Assembly: GCF_009834535.1 (NCBI RefSeq) | Contig: NC_045696.1 | Location: 9,798,001-9,862,000, forward strand | DNA: 64,000 nucleotides | Source: Camelus ferus | Lineage: Eukaryota | Reading direction: 5' to 3' | In this document: piece after piece, positions 27,780 to 41,191 of the stretch | Numbering within the stretch: position 1 is the first letter of the stretch | Layout: the number at the start of each line of letters is the position of its first letter | Notes under the pieces: model-generated | The model's database searches: none | What the model saw: only the letters and a program-made list of their open reading frames with translations | What the model was told of the DNA's origin: nothing | Program-made: the position numbers and the translations under genes

Positions 27780-29610
27780 ATTAAAAACCTGATAGAAATT
27801 TAAAAGAAATTCTTTTTCAACAGAAGGGTTGGAAAATAAAGTTTAGACACACCTCTACAAAAACCAAATAAACAAAGATGTAAATTAAAAGACAAAAGAC
27901 TGAAACCAACTGGACCAGTCCAGAAAGTCCAAGAGCTGGACAAAGGAGGTTCCAAAAGGGAGAAAACAGAAGAGAAAAATTATGCCAAGACTGAAGGACA
28001 CAGGAATATCAAGCTGAAAGAGGCCACTGACAGCCCATACAATGAAAGAAAAGCTTTCATCAAGGCACATAATCGTGAAATTTGAGAACACAGGAATTAG
28101 AAGTGAAAAGGTGTTATGCTTAACAAATTTCTGAAGGAAAATACTCCTCAATCCAGAATTTTATATTCAGCCAACTTTCAAACAAATGAGTAGAATAAAC
28201 ATTTTTAGACACACAAAACTTTTTGATTCTAAGAGACTATGAAATTGTTAAAAATGAGTAACAGTGTTAGTACTATCAGATTTCTTGCTGTTGGACAAAG
28301 GAGATACCAACACAGAAGGGGGAAGGCCAAAAAGAAATCTCTAGTGCTGGTTTACAATTGGAAGCATTAGTAGATGTGCACACTGAAAAGGGCCCAGAAG
28401 TAGTGAACATGTTTACCTCTAAGAATGAGCACACCCAGACCTTGGTTTCTAAATACCATTCCCTAAGTAAATGCCTGATCCTGAATGGGGCAAGGAAATT
28501 CCATGTGAGCCTAGAACCCCTTGTTGTGCTGGAAAATAAGAAGTACTCAAAAAATAATGGAAACATGTTACAAAGAACACAAACTAGCCAGAAGGGAGAC
28601 CTGCTAGATAAATCTGGAAATGTTTGAGCAAAATAATGACAGTAATGAATTATAGCCCACTAAATAAAATAATACATGAGTTCAAACTAACATATAAATG
28701 GGGAAGTGGGGAAACTCATTTCAGTAAAGTTAGAAAAAAAAAGTTAGAAAAATCACTGCTATACACCACTGTAGTAATAACTTACTCAAGCAAGAATTAT
28801 CAATGGATGCTAAAAGTAGGGGTTCAAGTCTGATGAGGAATAAGTTACTTACGTAGTCTCAAATTATCTCCCCACAAATTACTTATTACCAAAGGGGCAA
28901 GTGTTAACAATACAGTGGAGAAACCTGGTATATACCACTTCAATCAAGTATCAAAGTTAATGTCAACAATTATGGGACAACACAACATCACAGGCCTCCC
29001 AACGTGAAGTTCTGGGGACATATTATTGCTTAATGTTGTAGTCCCGCCAAAAACACAGTGTGAATCTAATCACAAGGAAACAGATAACAGTAAATTGTGG
29101 AGGGGCATTCACAAAATGACTGGCCTCTAAACTTCAAAAATGTCAATACCACAAAAGACAAAGAAAAGCTGAGGAACTATTTCAGATTAAAGGAAACAGA
29201 CAGAAAAGCTAAATGCAATGGACTGGGTTCTGAACTTTAAAAAAAAGAGAGAGAATGGTTGCCATAAAAGAACATTTTGGAACAGCAACATTTGAATAAA
29301 GACTTTAGATTAAAATATTGCACTACTGTTACCTTCCAGATTTTGATAATCATATTGTGATTATATGGGTGATTGTCTTTGTCTTAAGAAATATACCTCT
29401 AAGTACTAAAAGAGTAAAGAAGAATAACGCATGCAACTTAGGTTTTCAAATGGCTCAGGAAAGCATCTGATAAGAGAGAATGCCAAAGCCAACATGACAA
29501 ACTGTTAACTACCATGAATCTGGGTGAAGGTGATTTCTGGGTTCATACTATTCTTACAACTTTCCTACAATTTGAAATTATTTCAAAAGTAGAAGTGAAA
29601 AAACTTAAGG
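27780..29610 (+). mobile_element. Cluster of old L1 fragments (ORF1/HAL1-like, then L1MC/MD-like 3' region)
   Basis: CCAGAATTTTATATTCAGCCAA (ORF1-type), ACAGTGGAGAAACCTGG, and the end TACTATTCTTACAACTTTCC...TTTGAAATTATTTCAAA. Confidence 0.7.
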
Positions 29611-29814
29611 ATATTTTTATTTATCAATGTTATATATACAACTCAATTCTCAGTCATTACCTGCTAGTCCATGTTAACCAAGGTAAATAACAATAATCAG
29701 CAGGGTTCTCATTGGAACTATTCATGAGATGAGAGAAAAGAAACAGATACAATCTCTTGTGGGTAGACGTGTTCATACTGAAAATACTTAGTCACAGAAA
29801 TGTAAATTTTTCCT

Positions 29815-29820
29815 TTTATT
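29815..29820 (-). terminator. Probable distal SLC5A3 poly(A) signal AATAAA
   Basis: CTGTACCAACTTTGAATAAAAGG on minus strand, with upstream UGUA and a downstream U/GU-containing stretch. Confidence 0.7.
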
Positions 29821-32800
29821 CAAAGTTGGTACAGAAGTGCTAACATTTCCATAAAATAATTAACTATACTTCAATTACAGGACAAAATACCACAGAAAGG
29901 AATATACTTTGCAAGAAATGTAGTTCATCTTAAGTTTCCAAATACTTGTAAAGGCTAATGCAGCAGCTGGCAAAATAACACACAGTACACAAAGAACAGT
30001 GTATTTTACAGAGTCAGTAATGAAAACTGACAGCTCTTTAGCAGATTTGCTTCATTTTTTTTTTCATTTTTTAAACAATAACACTTTTAAAAACACATTA
30101 AACCAAGATCATACATGTCTACAATTTTAAAAATCAGGTTGTATACAATAGGTTAGAATAGTCAAGTTAGAATTGTCACGTATGGTTAACAATCTTAAAT
30201 CTACAATTTCAACTGTACTCCTTTCAATATGGAAGTAACTTGGTTTATATTCTACTTTCTGCTTGCAACTAAAACATTGTACAATGAGATGGACCTGATC
30301 AAACCTTAAAAAAAAAAAAAAAGCCGTGGACAATGAAGAGTACACCAGAAATTAGTTTACAATTCAAAAAACTCACCAATAACGCAACAACTTCATTTAT
30401 AATCACATTTGGTCTACAAGGCATAACTGACAAAACGATCCATGTACACAATACAAACCCCCAGTGCACAGACTGGTCTCTCACAGAGCATCTGAACAAG
30501 CTTAAGAGGCAGGACACTGGGAGGAACATTTTTCAATGTAGACATCTTTTAAAAATGCTTTAATACATACATATCAAAATTACTAGATAAAAGCAGCAGT
30601 ACTCTGCTGACATTTGGCTTAAAAATAAAGAAATGAATGAAGCAATTTCACAGGATATTAGAAAAGGAATTGATTTTCTTCTTGAAGAAGACTACTAACT
30701 TTTGCACAGCAACTATTTTTGATATCCACCTTATTAAAAAAAAAAAGAAGAAGAAGAAGCACGGAGAAGCATAACATAGTTCATATGTGATTGCCAACAC
30801 AGGTCTGAGTAACAGAAAACGGGATGTCCAAGCAAAGAATGGGTAAATCCCCGCTCTATTTCTGAACTCTGTTGGCAATCTATAAACTAAAGCAATATTG
30901 GTGGGGGAAAGAAGGGCAACAGATTCCACACCATCATCTGACACTAATGTAATATGTCATTATTAAAAAAAATAAAGCTTTTGCATTTTAACAACCCCAC
31001 AGAAAAGTCCATGAGCAAAAAGACTTTGTTGATCTGTTTGCCACTCAAGTTAGAGATCTCACAGTGAAATTAGAAAATTCTAATTATACATATTTACATT
31101 ACTAGGACTACTTTCACCTAGACTAATTAAAGCAATTTTCCGTGGAATTATAGATGAAAGATACTCTGCCAAAGGAATCTTGAAAAGCGTTCTTTAAGGT
31201 CTTAAAAACTATTTTAAATTTAAAAACAACATTTAAAGGTACAGAACACATTCTATACAGGCCTAACAGGTTACACGGCTTTGCTTTATCACATATTGCT
31301 AAGTCAAAGATGTTCCTCAAACCTCTCCATTTTCCGGCATGTCTGGTACTCCCCTCTCCCCTCGTCCTGCCAAAGCCTGAGGTTTCACATTCTAAAAGAA
31401 TGCCGTAGGTACACACCTGGTGACTTCTTGCTAGAGCGGGGAATCTCTCCCTCCAAGTGCTCAGATTAATTCTTCTAAACCATGTCCCATTAGTCTACAC
31501 CAGCTATAATCTTCATTCCATATATTATTAAGAGTTGATTATCCCTACGAAGATAAATATACAAAACAGAGGAGAGTGGGAACAAAGGTTCTTCTCTCCC
31601 ATTTTGAGAGTTCTATCTTTCGACATATGGGCAAAATTCAAGACACAGATACACTTATTCCTTGTTGATAAACAGGGACTATACAGGTGAAGAAAAGTGG
31701 GGAGTAAAATAAAGGCAATGCTGAGTACAAGAAAACACATTATGTCCTTCTTTTGCACTCACATTCACAGACTTCATCTAACCTAGTCTCGAAGTGGGTA
31801 TTGGGACAGGCAAACGAATCCTTTAGGCTCTTACGATCATTGTGGAATGCAAAGTATAGATCATTCGGCAGATCTGTCTCAATTAGTTAGATACTCAGTA
31901 CGCTTGGATCAAATTCTGCTCTATTAAAAATGAAGGGCAATCAAGCATATGAAAAAAATAACTTCATTAAGTTTAGATTTACACAAAGATTAAAGATTAG
32001 TATTTGCTCTATTAAAAAGTGAGATTTCTCCATATTTACAGGATACTACTGACAAGAGGTAAAGTTTCCTAAAGATTTAAGATTAAAAAAACAACTACAG
32101 ATTCCAATGGCCCTACAGCTTAAAACAGGAGCTTGTCACAACGTCCCACCCACCAAAGCCTCGAAGTCTGCTCCTGCTTCTTTAGTTCCAGCCCACAGAC
32201 CCCGTCATAGCCAGTCACCCCCTACTATGACTGCAGCATTCTTGACACTGGTGTTCTCTCCTCCATCAAAGCAACACAAATGTACTCGGATTAGCACACT
32301 GAATCACTTAGGATTTAGGACCCCCATCCTGGGTACCTCGCTGTCTGGGGATCTTACTACTGCGGTCCTCAGCCTAACAACTCCGGAGACAAACACGTGG
32401 TGGGCTTTCTATGCCTGGCACTTGTGGGATACTGAGAATACTGTTAGTCTTGTGCTTTCTACATGTGGAGACACACACATGAGGGAACACGGTTTTGTGC
32501 TTTCTACAGGCCTTTAAGCTTTTTCCTTATCATGGAATGTGAAACGGTTGTCACATATATGTTCTCAGATATGCCTATCAAACCTACACTGGAAAAATGA
32601 TAAAGTTAAAACATACTCACAGAATAAGCAACCTTATACTTTTAATTAAAGATAAAAAAGAAACAAATACAGATGAATAAATAACATTTAAGCTGCAACA
32701 CAAAGTAGAACTACCTGGTTTCCTTGACCCTAAATAAAGGCTGCATATAAAGTATGTAAATATAAATGTATTTTCTTCACTAGTTATAACAAAATTTAAA

Positions 32801-35224
32801 AAGAGAAATTGTAACAAGTAAGAGTTATCTATCAAGAAAGGGAAAGGTGTAAACTAGCATATTCAATATTGGCAACAGGAAGGCACTAATCAAAACATAA
32901 ATTTCAGAAGCTGATTATATTATGGAACACCCTATAAAATGGCCTTTGCTAATTTGGGATTTCAGTAATATAGATAGCAATGAGCTTAGTTTCAGTTTCC
33001 AACTATTATAACAAAAAAGTAAGCTATTAAGGAACATTCCACTTATAGACGTTTAAGCTACTTTGATATATTGAAAAATTATCCAGACTGGTTTGTCCAG
33101 AGGCAATTTAAAAAAGTAAACACTCCTTTATCCAGCAGCACTAGCACTAGGGTACAAGGTGAATTTACCAAGATAAACATGTCTCCAATAAAGGTGTTGG
33201 TATCTACTATCAACTTGTGCTGTTGCTGAAGTCACTGCAAAATGTATTTCCCTTATCAATAAAGTTCACTGACTGTAAACTGTTTTGAACTGGGGGCGGG
33301 GCTCCATTATCCCGGGCAACAATTACATACAGTACAGTGCTTCTCCTCTGAGGACAGCGAAGCCACTGCTCCTACACTAACAAGAAACCGAGACCACTGT
33401 GCTTTGTCTTGACTTGCTCTCCAGTTGCTTATTTATTCTCACATCACTTTCTTCAAACATGCTATAAATCTAGGTAACCAAACCAAACTTTAAAAGTCAT
33501 TACATAAATTAAGGTTATTGGTTAAGTCAACAGTCTCAGATTACGTCCTCCCCAAAAAAGTAAAGTGCAAGAGATGAGTAATGATCCAGATACAACCAAC
33601 CATTTTTGTTTACTTTTGAGTAAAAGACTATAATGCTAATGTTTAGGGCTGTTAGTTATCAGATAAATGGGGTGCTTAACACAAAACAAAAAGCTAAATC
33701 CTATCTTTTATAAAGGATTTGAGATGGAAACAGAAACATAAATTATATCAATTCTCACAACATTCCTTTAAAGGTGAATCAGTAGTTTAAAGCCTTAATT
33801 CCCAGCTCTGGAGAGAATTTTAAATAAAAACATTTATATGACTGTGAATAATGGTGTGGGACTCAGCACTGGTAAAGCCTATTAATTATTTTGAACCTTA
33901 GCTAAATCCTGTTCTGGAGTCAAAGTAGCTGAATATCTATCTACTCTTCCAAGAGAGGTGAGTGTGACAAAAAGCATGCCAAATTAAGAGAAGTTACCTT
34001 AATGGAGGCAAAGGGGTTTGCAGCCCTGAGTTATGTCAACCAAGTCTAACCAACTGTAGTAATCAAAAGATCACTTTGTAACTTAATCCAGCTTCATATC
34101 TAACTAGTACAAAGGATTTCTCTAAATGCCAACTGACTAGTTCCAACTTTTTACCTTTAATTACTGCGAGAACAAGGCTTTTTGGCATCAAAACAAACTC
34201 CATTCCTCTCTGCACTGTGATATCATCATTTCAAAGGGGCTGGTGTGAATTTTAATTATTGTTGCCTCCTCTCTAATTTTGAAAAAGGAGTTTTGAGAAT
34301 AAAATATTAATGAATTATTAGGGCTCTTATCATTAGTGAAAACAAAGTCTGAGAAAATAATTCTGGAGAATAAATGGTTTAAACTAATAGAAATTTAGTA
34401 TATTTAAACACAACTATATTTAATGAATCATTATTTGGATCCAAGTCTTCAAAACTGAGGCAAAGCAGCACTTTCGCACACCATGGCAGTAAGTCTGAAA
34501 GTGAATTAAGCTGACAAAAGATCAAAATGGGAATTTGATAAGTATTGAAAGACAGAACAGGTGAATAATTAAAGCAATGTTTGAGGGCAGACAAATAAAG
34601 GGGAAGACCAGTCTCTCTGAATAGCAGGTGGACATACATACAAATAGGAATATATCGTATTTGTAAAGTCTGCTCAGGCTAACATCAACACTGAAATGAC
34701 TTAAGCAATTTAAAACCTAGCTAATAAGAAATTTTATTAGCTAAAGTATCAGTATGGAATATTGTCATTTTAACCTCAAATATGTTAATAAACTCATACT
34801 TTACAATATTTAATATCAAACCAGGGTTTAACAGGCTGGATCTTATTCATTGGTACCCTAGTCTATACGGGGAGGGGTTTAAACTAGCTGATAGCAAAGA
34901 TACTTCAAGTTCTAGAGTTCAATGAATATGATTCTACATCTAACACATATTAAGCTAATTTTGTCCTTTACCAACTTGTTAAGTGTGTATCACCCAGGTA
35001 CTTCTCAGTATCTCTCTTAATAGTTTTTATGACTTTTTAGGACAGTTTTGTCCTGGCAAGTCTCTGTAATCACATAATTTAACGGGACTGGTACTTATAT
35101 ATCTCTCAACCCAAACTCAGGGAATGGTGAGGTGTAACTACTAGATACCCACGTGGTCATTTCCAGCCATCATACCTCAGAGAAAAACAATATAAGGGAG
35201 TAAAGTATAAGAAAAGCAAGTAAG

Positions 35225-35371
35225 GGGGGAGAGTTTAGCTCAAGTGGTAGAGTGCATGCTTAATATACACAAGGTCCTGGGTTCAATCCCCAGTGTCTCC
35301 TCTAAAAATAAATAAGTAAACCTAATTTACTGCCCCCCATAATACAAAAACAAAAACAAACCAAAAAAATT
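35225..35371 (+). mobile_element. Full-length tRNA-derived SINE (Vic-1-like), antisense within the SLC5A3 3' UTR
   Basis: GGGGGAGAGTTTAGCTCAAGTGGTAGAG...GGTTCAATCCCCAG, A-rich tail, and perfect 15-bp TSD AGAAAAGCAAGTAAG (35210-35224, 35372-35386). Confidence 0.92.
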
Positions 35372-38300
35372 AGAAAAGCAAGTAAGCCGAACACTGCCAA
35401 ATGGGAACATTGATGGGTCTAACCTTTTAGTAGCTAATAATACAGCCAGTCTACAGGGTAGCAAAAGAATGAGAATAACCTATACGCTGCATTAAATTAT
35501 ATGTAAAGAGAAAGGGAAAGATCCACACACCCCAAGCAGGGAAGACAGCAATGGACTGAGAAATGTAGAGGCTAACCACCCTGCCCTGGACTTTCAAGCT
35601 CTGCCTTAGGCTCAGGTTAGAGAATTGAGTAACAATCTTCCCACTCAATTCTTAAAATGTGAAGTTTCATGAAGTGATAGGTCCCTGCAAATTACTTAAA
35701 GTGCCATTCCTAAGAGCTAGGATTTTGTGACCCTGGCCAGCCTTTTTTATTCAAAAAGACAAATGATCCTTTGAGCCAAGTGAAAAGGAAGCCTTGGGGA
35801 TCAAATCTGCTGGATTTAGGCCAAAGGACACAGCACCATTCCTACTGCTTGATGCTTCTCCAACCTGAAGATAAGAGTGATAACCTCACCATGAAAGAAA
35901 GGCTGGGAGGAAAGATTGGCTCAGCCGTTTCAAAAGCACTTACTATCCCAGGGTGGGAGGACAAAATATTCTACATGAACAGGGAAATTAAAGGTCCCAC
36001 AAAGGAATCAATAATCATTCTGCATGTCAGGGTAATAATCTCTTCTCATCAGTTCTTAGGACAAAGATTGCCTAACAGGACAAAAATTTAAGTCCTAGGG
36101 ATACCACTAACAGCAGGTAAGAATGTATTTCTCCACTTCTGAACACCAGTGTCCCCACTTCATTTTGACTCTTTTCATCAATATTATTCTTAGCCAATTC
36201 TGAACCTTAACTTGAGCCAATATGTAAATATATACATGTTAATGTCTAGATATCAATGTCATCATCTAGGACCCATTTATTGATGTAAAGTATCACTACT
36301 TTGCTAGCTTTAAGACAGATCATGTATCATTCCATGAACAATCATTCTTATGAAACACGGACTTCAGAATGGTCCCCTGAAATTAAGTTGCAATCAGGAA
36401 TTCACATACTTATTCAAGCACATTATCTATTACTGGAAAGCAGTAAAAGGGCAAGCTTCAGGGACTTCAGTCTAAATAAAGTGATGTTTATACTGGCAAG
36501 AATAAACAATCCTAATGGATATGCTAATAATCATTCCTTATTTACAAACATTAGTGCTCTAAACTTGACCTAATGCTATATACACACAAATAGACATGAG
36601 ATGACGTATTTTATGCATCATACTAAACAAGAGCAGAGAGAAGGCAGGGGGACGCTAGCGCTCCAAACTATTAGGGCTCAACATTAAATAAAGGGGGGGA
36701 AAATCCACTTAAACACCACCTACTTTTTTATGCTTTTAATAGAAGGGGTAAGAAAGCTGCCCAGTCATTATGTCAATTCTCCCTGTTGAGTTACACAGCA
36801 ATGTGTTCAGAGTCAAAGGAAATTTTAATTCCTATAACTTAACGCCAATTTGAAAAGTCTAAGATCCTATTATTTCCCCAAATACCAAAGGTTGCCTCAA
36901 AGGAAGGACAGTTCCTTTGAGAAAAGAAGAGGACAAACCAGGAGTCCAGATTTGGACACCTGATTTTCTGCTCTTCCCAATAACCTTGTAGCCTTGGATA
37001 TGTCACAGCTTCAGCCTCCACACAAGAAAAGGATGGTCCCTATTTATTTGGCCCCCAGCTTATAAACCTTAAGAATGAAACTGAGAAAAAAAATTCTACA
37101 AGGCACTCACTCTAAGCTCTCAGAAATCATGCTATTCATATATGAATTTTTAATTTTTTTTCATATACAGACTCAGTCCATCAGAAAGCCTCCTGGAGAT
37201 GGGAAGACATTATGCTACCTGATAATTTCTAAAATCAACTTTGGACAAATCAAGTCTATCATAATGAAACTAGTTTACAGAATACAAAAAAAATGTAAAG
37301 TCATTAGGACTGAGTTTTGATTCAAAATCTACAAAAGTATCTAAAAAAGTAATAATTTTCCCTAAAGAATACAAGATTAATAAAATCATGCAATTTAAAA
37401 AAATATCAGAGATTATGGAAAAGTCAAAGAAAGTAGATACACAAATAGTTTCCTTCATCTGTCATGGAGGAAGGACAGTGAAGAGCACACACAAAGAACT
37501 ACATATCTGTTGCGCTTTTCTCAAACATCTTTTGTACGTACCCTGTCCTCACAAAGGGGAATCAGTCTGTGAAAAACAGACTCTCATCCACAAAGGCTGC
37601 AACTGGGTACCAAGCCATGTCAAGACAGAGGGTCTTACAATTACACAAGTCCTGTAATCTCCACAAGACACACTACTAAACCCAGAAGTTCTTGTTCATG
37701 GCACCTTCTGAACATACTATCCATTCTACAGAAAGACCATCTGACAAGCTACCAATGGCAAAGCATGCACTCTTGAGTTTTCTGCTACTAATGGCCAGTT
37801 TGCACTGAAATATCCTCATGTTCTATGTCACTAGGTTTTTAAACAAAAATGTAGAGGCTGTGTACAGATGGCAAGCCTTTTGAAAAAAAGTAAATTAGGG
37901 AAAAATAACTCATCAAGGATACAATATGATCTTAAAATTAAATTTTCACTCTAAAAACTCAACCTCAATATATCATCATACAATTAAGTAGGGCAACCCA
38001 GCCAAAGGGCAGCGTTAATTTTTCTTCAAATTTCTGTACACATCTTCCAAATGGATCCACTTGGGAAAGTACCTGGCTAGTAAAGTATGTAAGTATGTTA
38101 CCAATGACAAGAACAAAGCTAGAGAATTAATGGAGTATGAGTAATCACCTGTTCAGCTTAAGCTGCCTGAACACTGCTTAGGGGCTGCTAATTCCCAAAC
38201 TATATAAACAATCTTAATTTGGTCAGTATTTTAAATTTGGGGGTCATCAGCAACGCTTACTTCATTTTCTCCCCCATAATCATTTCACAATACAGTCATG

Positions 38301-39034
38301 ACACATAACTTTATAAAGACAGACTTGGTGGTCATTTGGGTATGGTTCACTTAAACTTCAAAGAAAAAAGAAAAACAAAATAACCGGAACAAAACTGTTT
38401 CCCAACATTCTATACACTGGTGGTACAAGAATAGCTACAGGAAAACATTCTTCTTTTCTTTCAGCATTCCGAATCCATAGGCTCATGCTAACAAAATAAA
38501 CCTGGCAAACTAACTTGTCCTGAAACAAGTTCCCCACAAGCACATGTTAGATTTTCAGTACATAATTGATTATACAATGTCTACAAATTCACTTTTTTTG
38601 TTTTTAATGATAGTAGGGATTATAGAGACAGAAAAAACTTCAAAATGAGCAAGTCTTCTACTTCAGGGTAAGAAGGTCTACCAAGATTTGGCAGTGCAGA
38701 CAGTATACCTTATTCATGACATCTTAGCATATATTCTGCTCTAAGTGATCTATGAGAATAATTGGTCTCTCCTTACTTTGGTATGAAAAATTTTAAACCA
38801 CATGTGCACAATTCAGTCTGTTAAACAAGTTTTACTTCATTTAAGCTGAAATTTTACTTTCATCCATCTCTGGGAAAATAAAGTCTTGCAAATAGATGAT
38901 TTTCTGCTAAGTAAAATTTGGCTAAAACCTACAGCGTAAACAATGCCTGAGAGATGCAACAGTTACATAAGGTGTTTTTTTTTTCAAAGACCAGTATTTT
39001 CTTTAAGTTAGTGTCTCATCATATCCTTTAAAGT

Positions 39035-41191
39035 TCATAAGGAAAAATAAACAAACATGAAAATTCCAAGGGAACACACAGCAAAAAGTCCAATATTTAG
39101 TATTAGTTTAACTTGTGGAGGTTCTTCCAACATTTGTAAACAAACAGCCTCCTCCTCCATCAGGTCTCTGAGACTCCTCTTGCTGAGGCTCTTACTCTTA
39201 AAGCCACAGAACCAATCTATGAACTTCCAGTACCGGCCTCCATCCTCTGTTTCTTTCTTTCTTTCTTTCTCACCCATGAGAGCTGCTTGCCCATTGGAAT
39301 AAGCATCAACTGGTGTTTCCGCTTCTGAATGACCTAAGGAAGCCACTGGGTTGCCCTCCTCTCTGCAAGTCACCAACAGATTAACATCTTCAGGCTGCAG
39401 GCCCTTAATACTATCTTCAGATTTCCCATTGGGAATGACATTGTTGATGGCCTCACTATTCTCACTGCATCTCAGAATGCTCTTCTCTTGCATTTTGTAT
39501 GGTTCGTCTTTCGGGGAGCAGCTCTCCTTCGTCACCAGGATCTTCTTAGACCAAAAGGTGGTGGTACGAATCTGTTCCTTCGTGGGAGGTGGTGTGAGAA
39601 GGCTAACAATTACAGTAATAAGTCCTGTGACCCAAAACAATGCTGTGGCCACATACATGTAATGGATGTCTTTGATGAAGCCTGGCCTGTTATCAGGTTG
39701 GTCACATTCTGGGGCACGGTAGGCAAAGGCCAGTGTCAAACGGACTGCTCCAAGAATAAAGCCAGCCATTCCACCATAGAAAGCCCCTTGTTCATTGCAG
39801 CGCTTCCAGAAAATCGCCAGAAGGAACAGGGCCGCAACTGGGGGCGTCAGGTAATCTGCTACCTCCTGAATATAAAGGTACATCTGGCCTCCTTGCATCT
39901 CCACGATGATGGGCACCCACGCAATGCTGATCACCACCATAAAAGCTACAAATATCCTCCCCACAATCATTAGTTCTCGGGAGCTTGCGCTTTTGCGTAT
40001 GAGTTTGTACACATCGAGGGTGAATATGGTACTGGCACTGTTAAAGATAGAGTCCAAGTCACTCATCAGAGCTGCAATCATCACTGCCATCATTAAGCCC
40101 CGCAGGCCCACAGGAACCAGCTTCATCACCAGACGTGGGTAAGCAATATTAGAGCACCCAGCTCTGCTTCCACACACTTGCATGCAGTGCTCTGGGTTGA
40201 TGCAAGCTATATCATCAGCAAACAGTATCCTGGAAATCATTCCTGGGACAACTATGATAAACATTGGCAGAAGCTTCAAGAAGCCAGCCATTAGAGTAGA
40301 GCCTTTGGCATGAGCAATGTTTTTAGCCGCTAGGACCCTTTGCACGATGACTTGGTCAGCACACCAGTACCATACTGAAGCTGGGGTCTGTCCAAGAATG
40401 AATCCAGGCCAAGGAACATCTTCATCTGTTGGATTCCGCAACATTTTCAGTGCATCTTTCTTAGGGTGGACATTACAAGAATTTGTGTTGGAAAGGTTGT
40501 ACGTCAACAAGATGGAGGTGACATTGGGTGAAGCCAACATGTACCTTCTCTTAACTTCCTCAAACCCGCCAATCTCCATCATGCTAATAATCATAAGTGT
40601 GAGTGCCCCCACGATCATGAGCAGAGCCTGCAGAGTGTCTGTGTAGATTACTGCAACAAGGCCTCCGGTGACAGTCAGCAAAGCAGTCATGCCAATGAGC
40701 AGGATGACAGACACATAAAGGTTCCAACCCAAAGACTCCTGGATAAAGAGGGCACCCGAATACAAATCCACTGAGAGCTTGGTGAAGATATAGAGAATCA
40801 GAGACAAGGCTGCAAAATATACCTGAATCCTATGGCCACCAAATCGCTTGGACAAGTATTCAGGCATGGTGTATACCCCTGACCGGATGTAAATCGGGAT
40901 AAAAACCCATCCCAGAAGTTGCAAAAGCAGTAAGGCATTGAATTCCCATGCGCCCACTGCAAATCCACTTGCAGCTCCAGATCCTGCCAGACCAATGAAG
41001 TGCTCACTCCCAATATTGCTCACAAACAGAGAGGCACCAATTGCTACCCAGGTCATAGAGCGCCCCGCCAGGAAGTATCCACTCACGGTGCTTCTATTAG
41101 ATTTCCACATGGCAAAAAAACCAATGCACATGACCAGGATAAAATACAGGGCCACTATGGCAATGTCTGCCGTCTCCAGCACAGCCCTCAT
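39035..41191 (-). CDS. SLC5A3: Sodium/myo-inositol cotransporter 1 (SMIT1), 718 aa, intronless CDS
   Basis: ORF starting MRAVLETADIAIV with SLC5/SSF motifs (GYFLAGRSM, SNIGSEHFIGLAGSGA, WYWCADQVIVQRVLAAKN), multiple TM segments and the terminal helix ...GIFMFVYFSL. The first ATG is at 41191; the ORF track starts at an upstream TTG. Confidence 0.98.
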   Translation of the reverse strand: MRAVLETADIAIVALYFILVMCIGFFAMWKSNRSTVSGYFLAGRSMTWVAIGASLFVSNIGSEHFIGLAGSGAASGFAVGAWEFNALLLLQLLGWVFIPIYIRSGVYTMPEYLSKRFGGHRIQVYFAALSLILYIFTKLSVDLYSGALFIQESLGWNLYVSVILLIGMTALLTVTGGLVAVIYTDTLQALLMIVGALTLMIISMMEIGGFEEVKRRYMLASPNVTSILLTYNLSNTNSCNVHPKKDALKMLRNPTDEDVPWPGFILGQTPASVWYWCADQVIVQRVLAAKNIAHAKGSTLMAGFLKLLPMFIIVVPGMISRILFADDIACINPEHCMQVCGSRAGCSNIAYPRLVMKLVPVGLRGLMMAVMIAALMSDLDSIFNSASTIFTLDVYKLIRKSASSRELMIVGRIFVAFMVVISIAWVPIIVEMQGGQMYLYIQEVADYLTPPVAALFLLAIFWKRCNEQGAFYGGMAGFILGAVRLTLAFAYRAPECDQPDNRPGFIKDIHYMYVATALFWVTGLITVIVSLLTPPPTKEQIRTTTFWSKKILVTKESCSPKDEPYKMQEKSILRCSENSEAINNVIPNGKSEDSIKGLQPEDVNLLVTCREEGNPVASLGHSEAETPVDAYSNGQAALMGEKERKKETEDGGRYWKFIDWFCGFKSKSLSKRSLRDLMEEEAVCLQMLEEPPQVKLILNIGLFAVCSLGIFMFVYFSL

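Larger units (their letters stand above)
29800..39034 (-). other. SLC5A3: SLC5A3 long 3' UTR (~9.2 kb); 3' end approximate
   Basis: AT-rich, nearly TE-free stretch from the stop codon to AATAAA at 29820-29815, after which L1 relics resume. Fits the known ~11 kb SMIT1 mRNA. Confidence 0.72.

Noticed and set aside
35225..35300. tRNA-like sequences here and at 19630
   Set aside because: They have A-rich tails, TSDs and no intact cloverleaf, so they are SINEs rather than tRNA genes.
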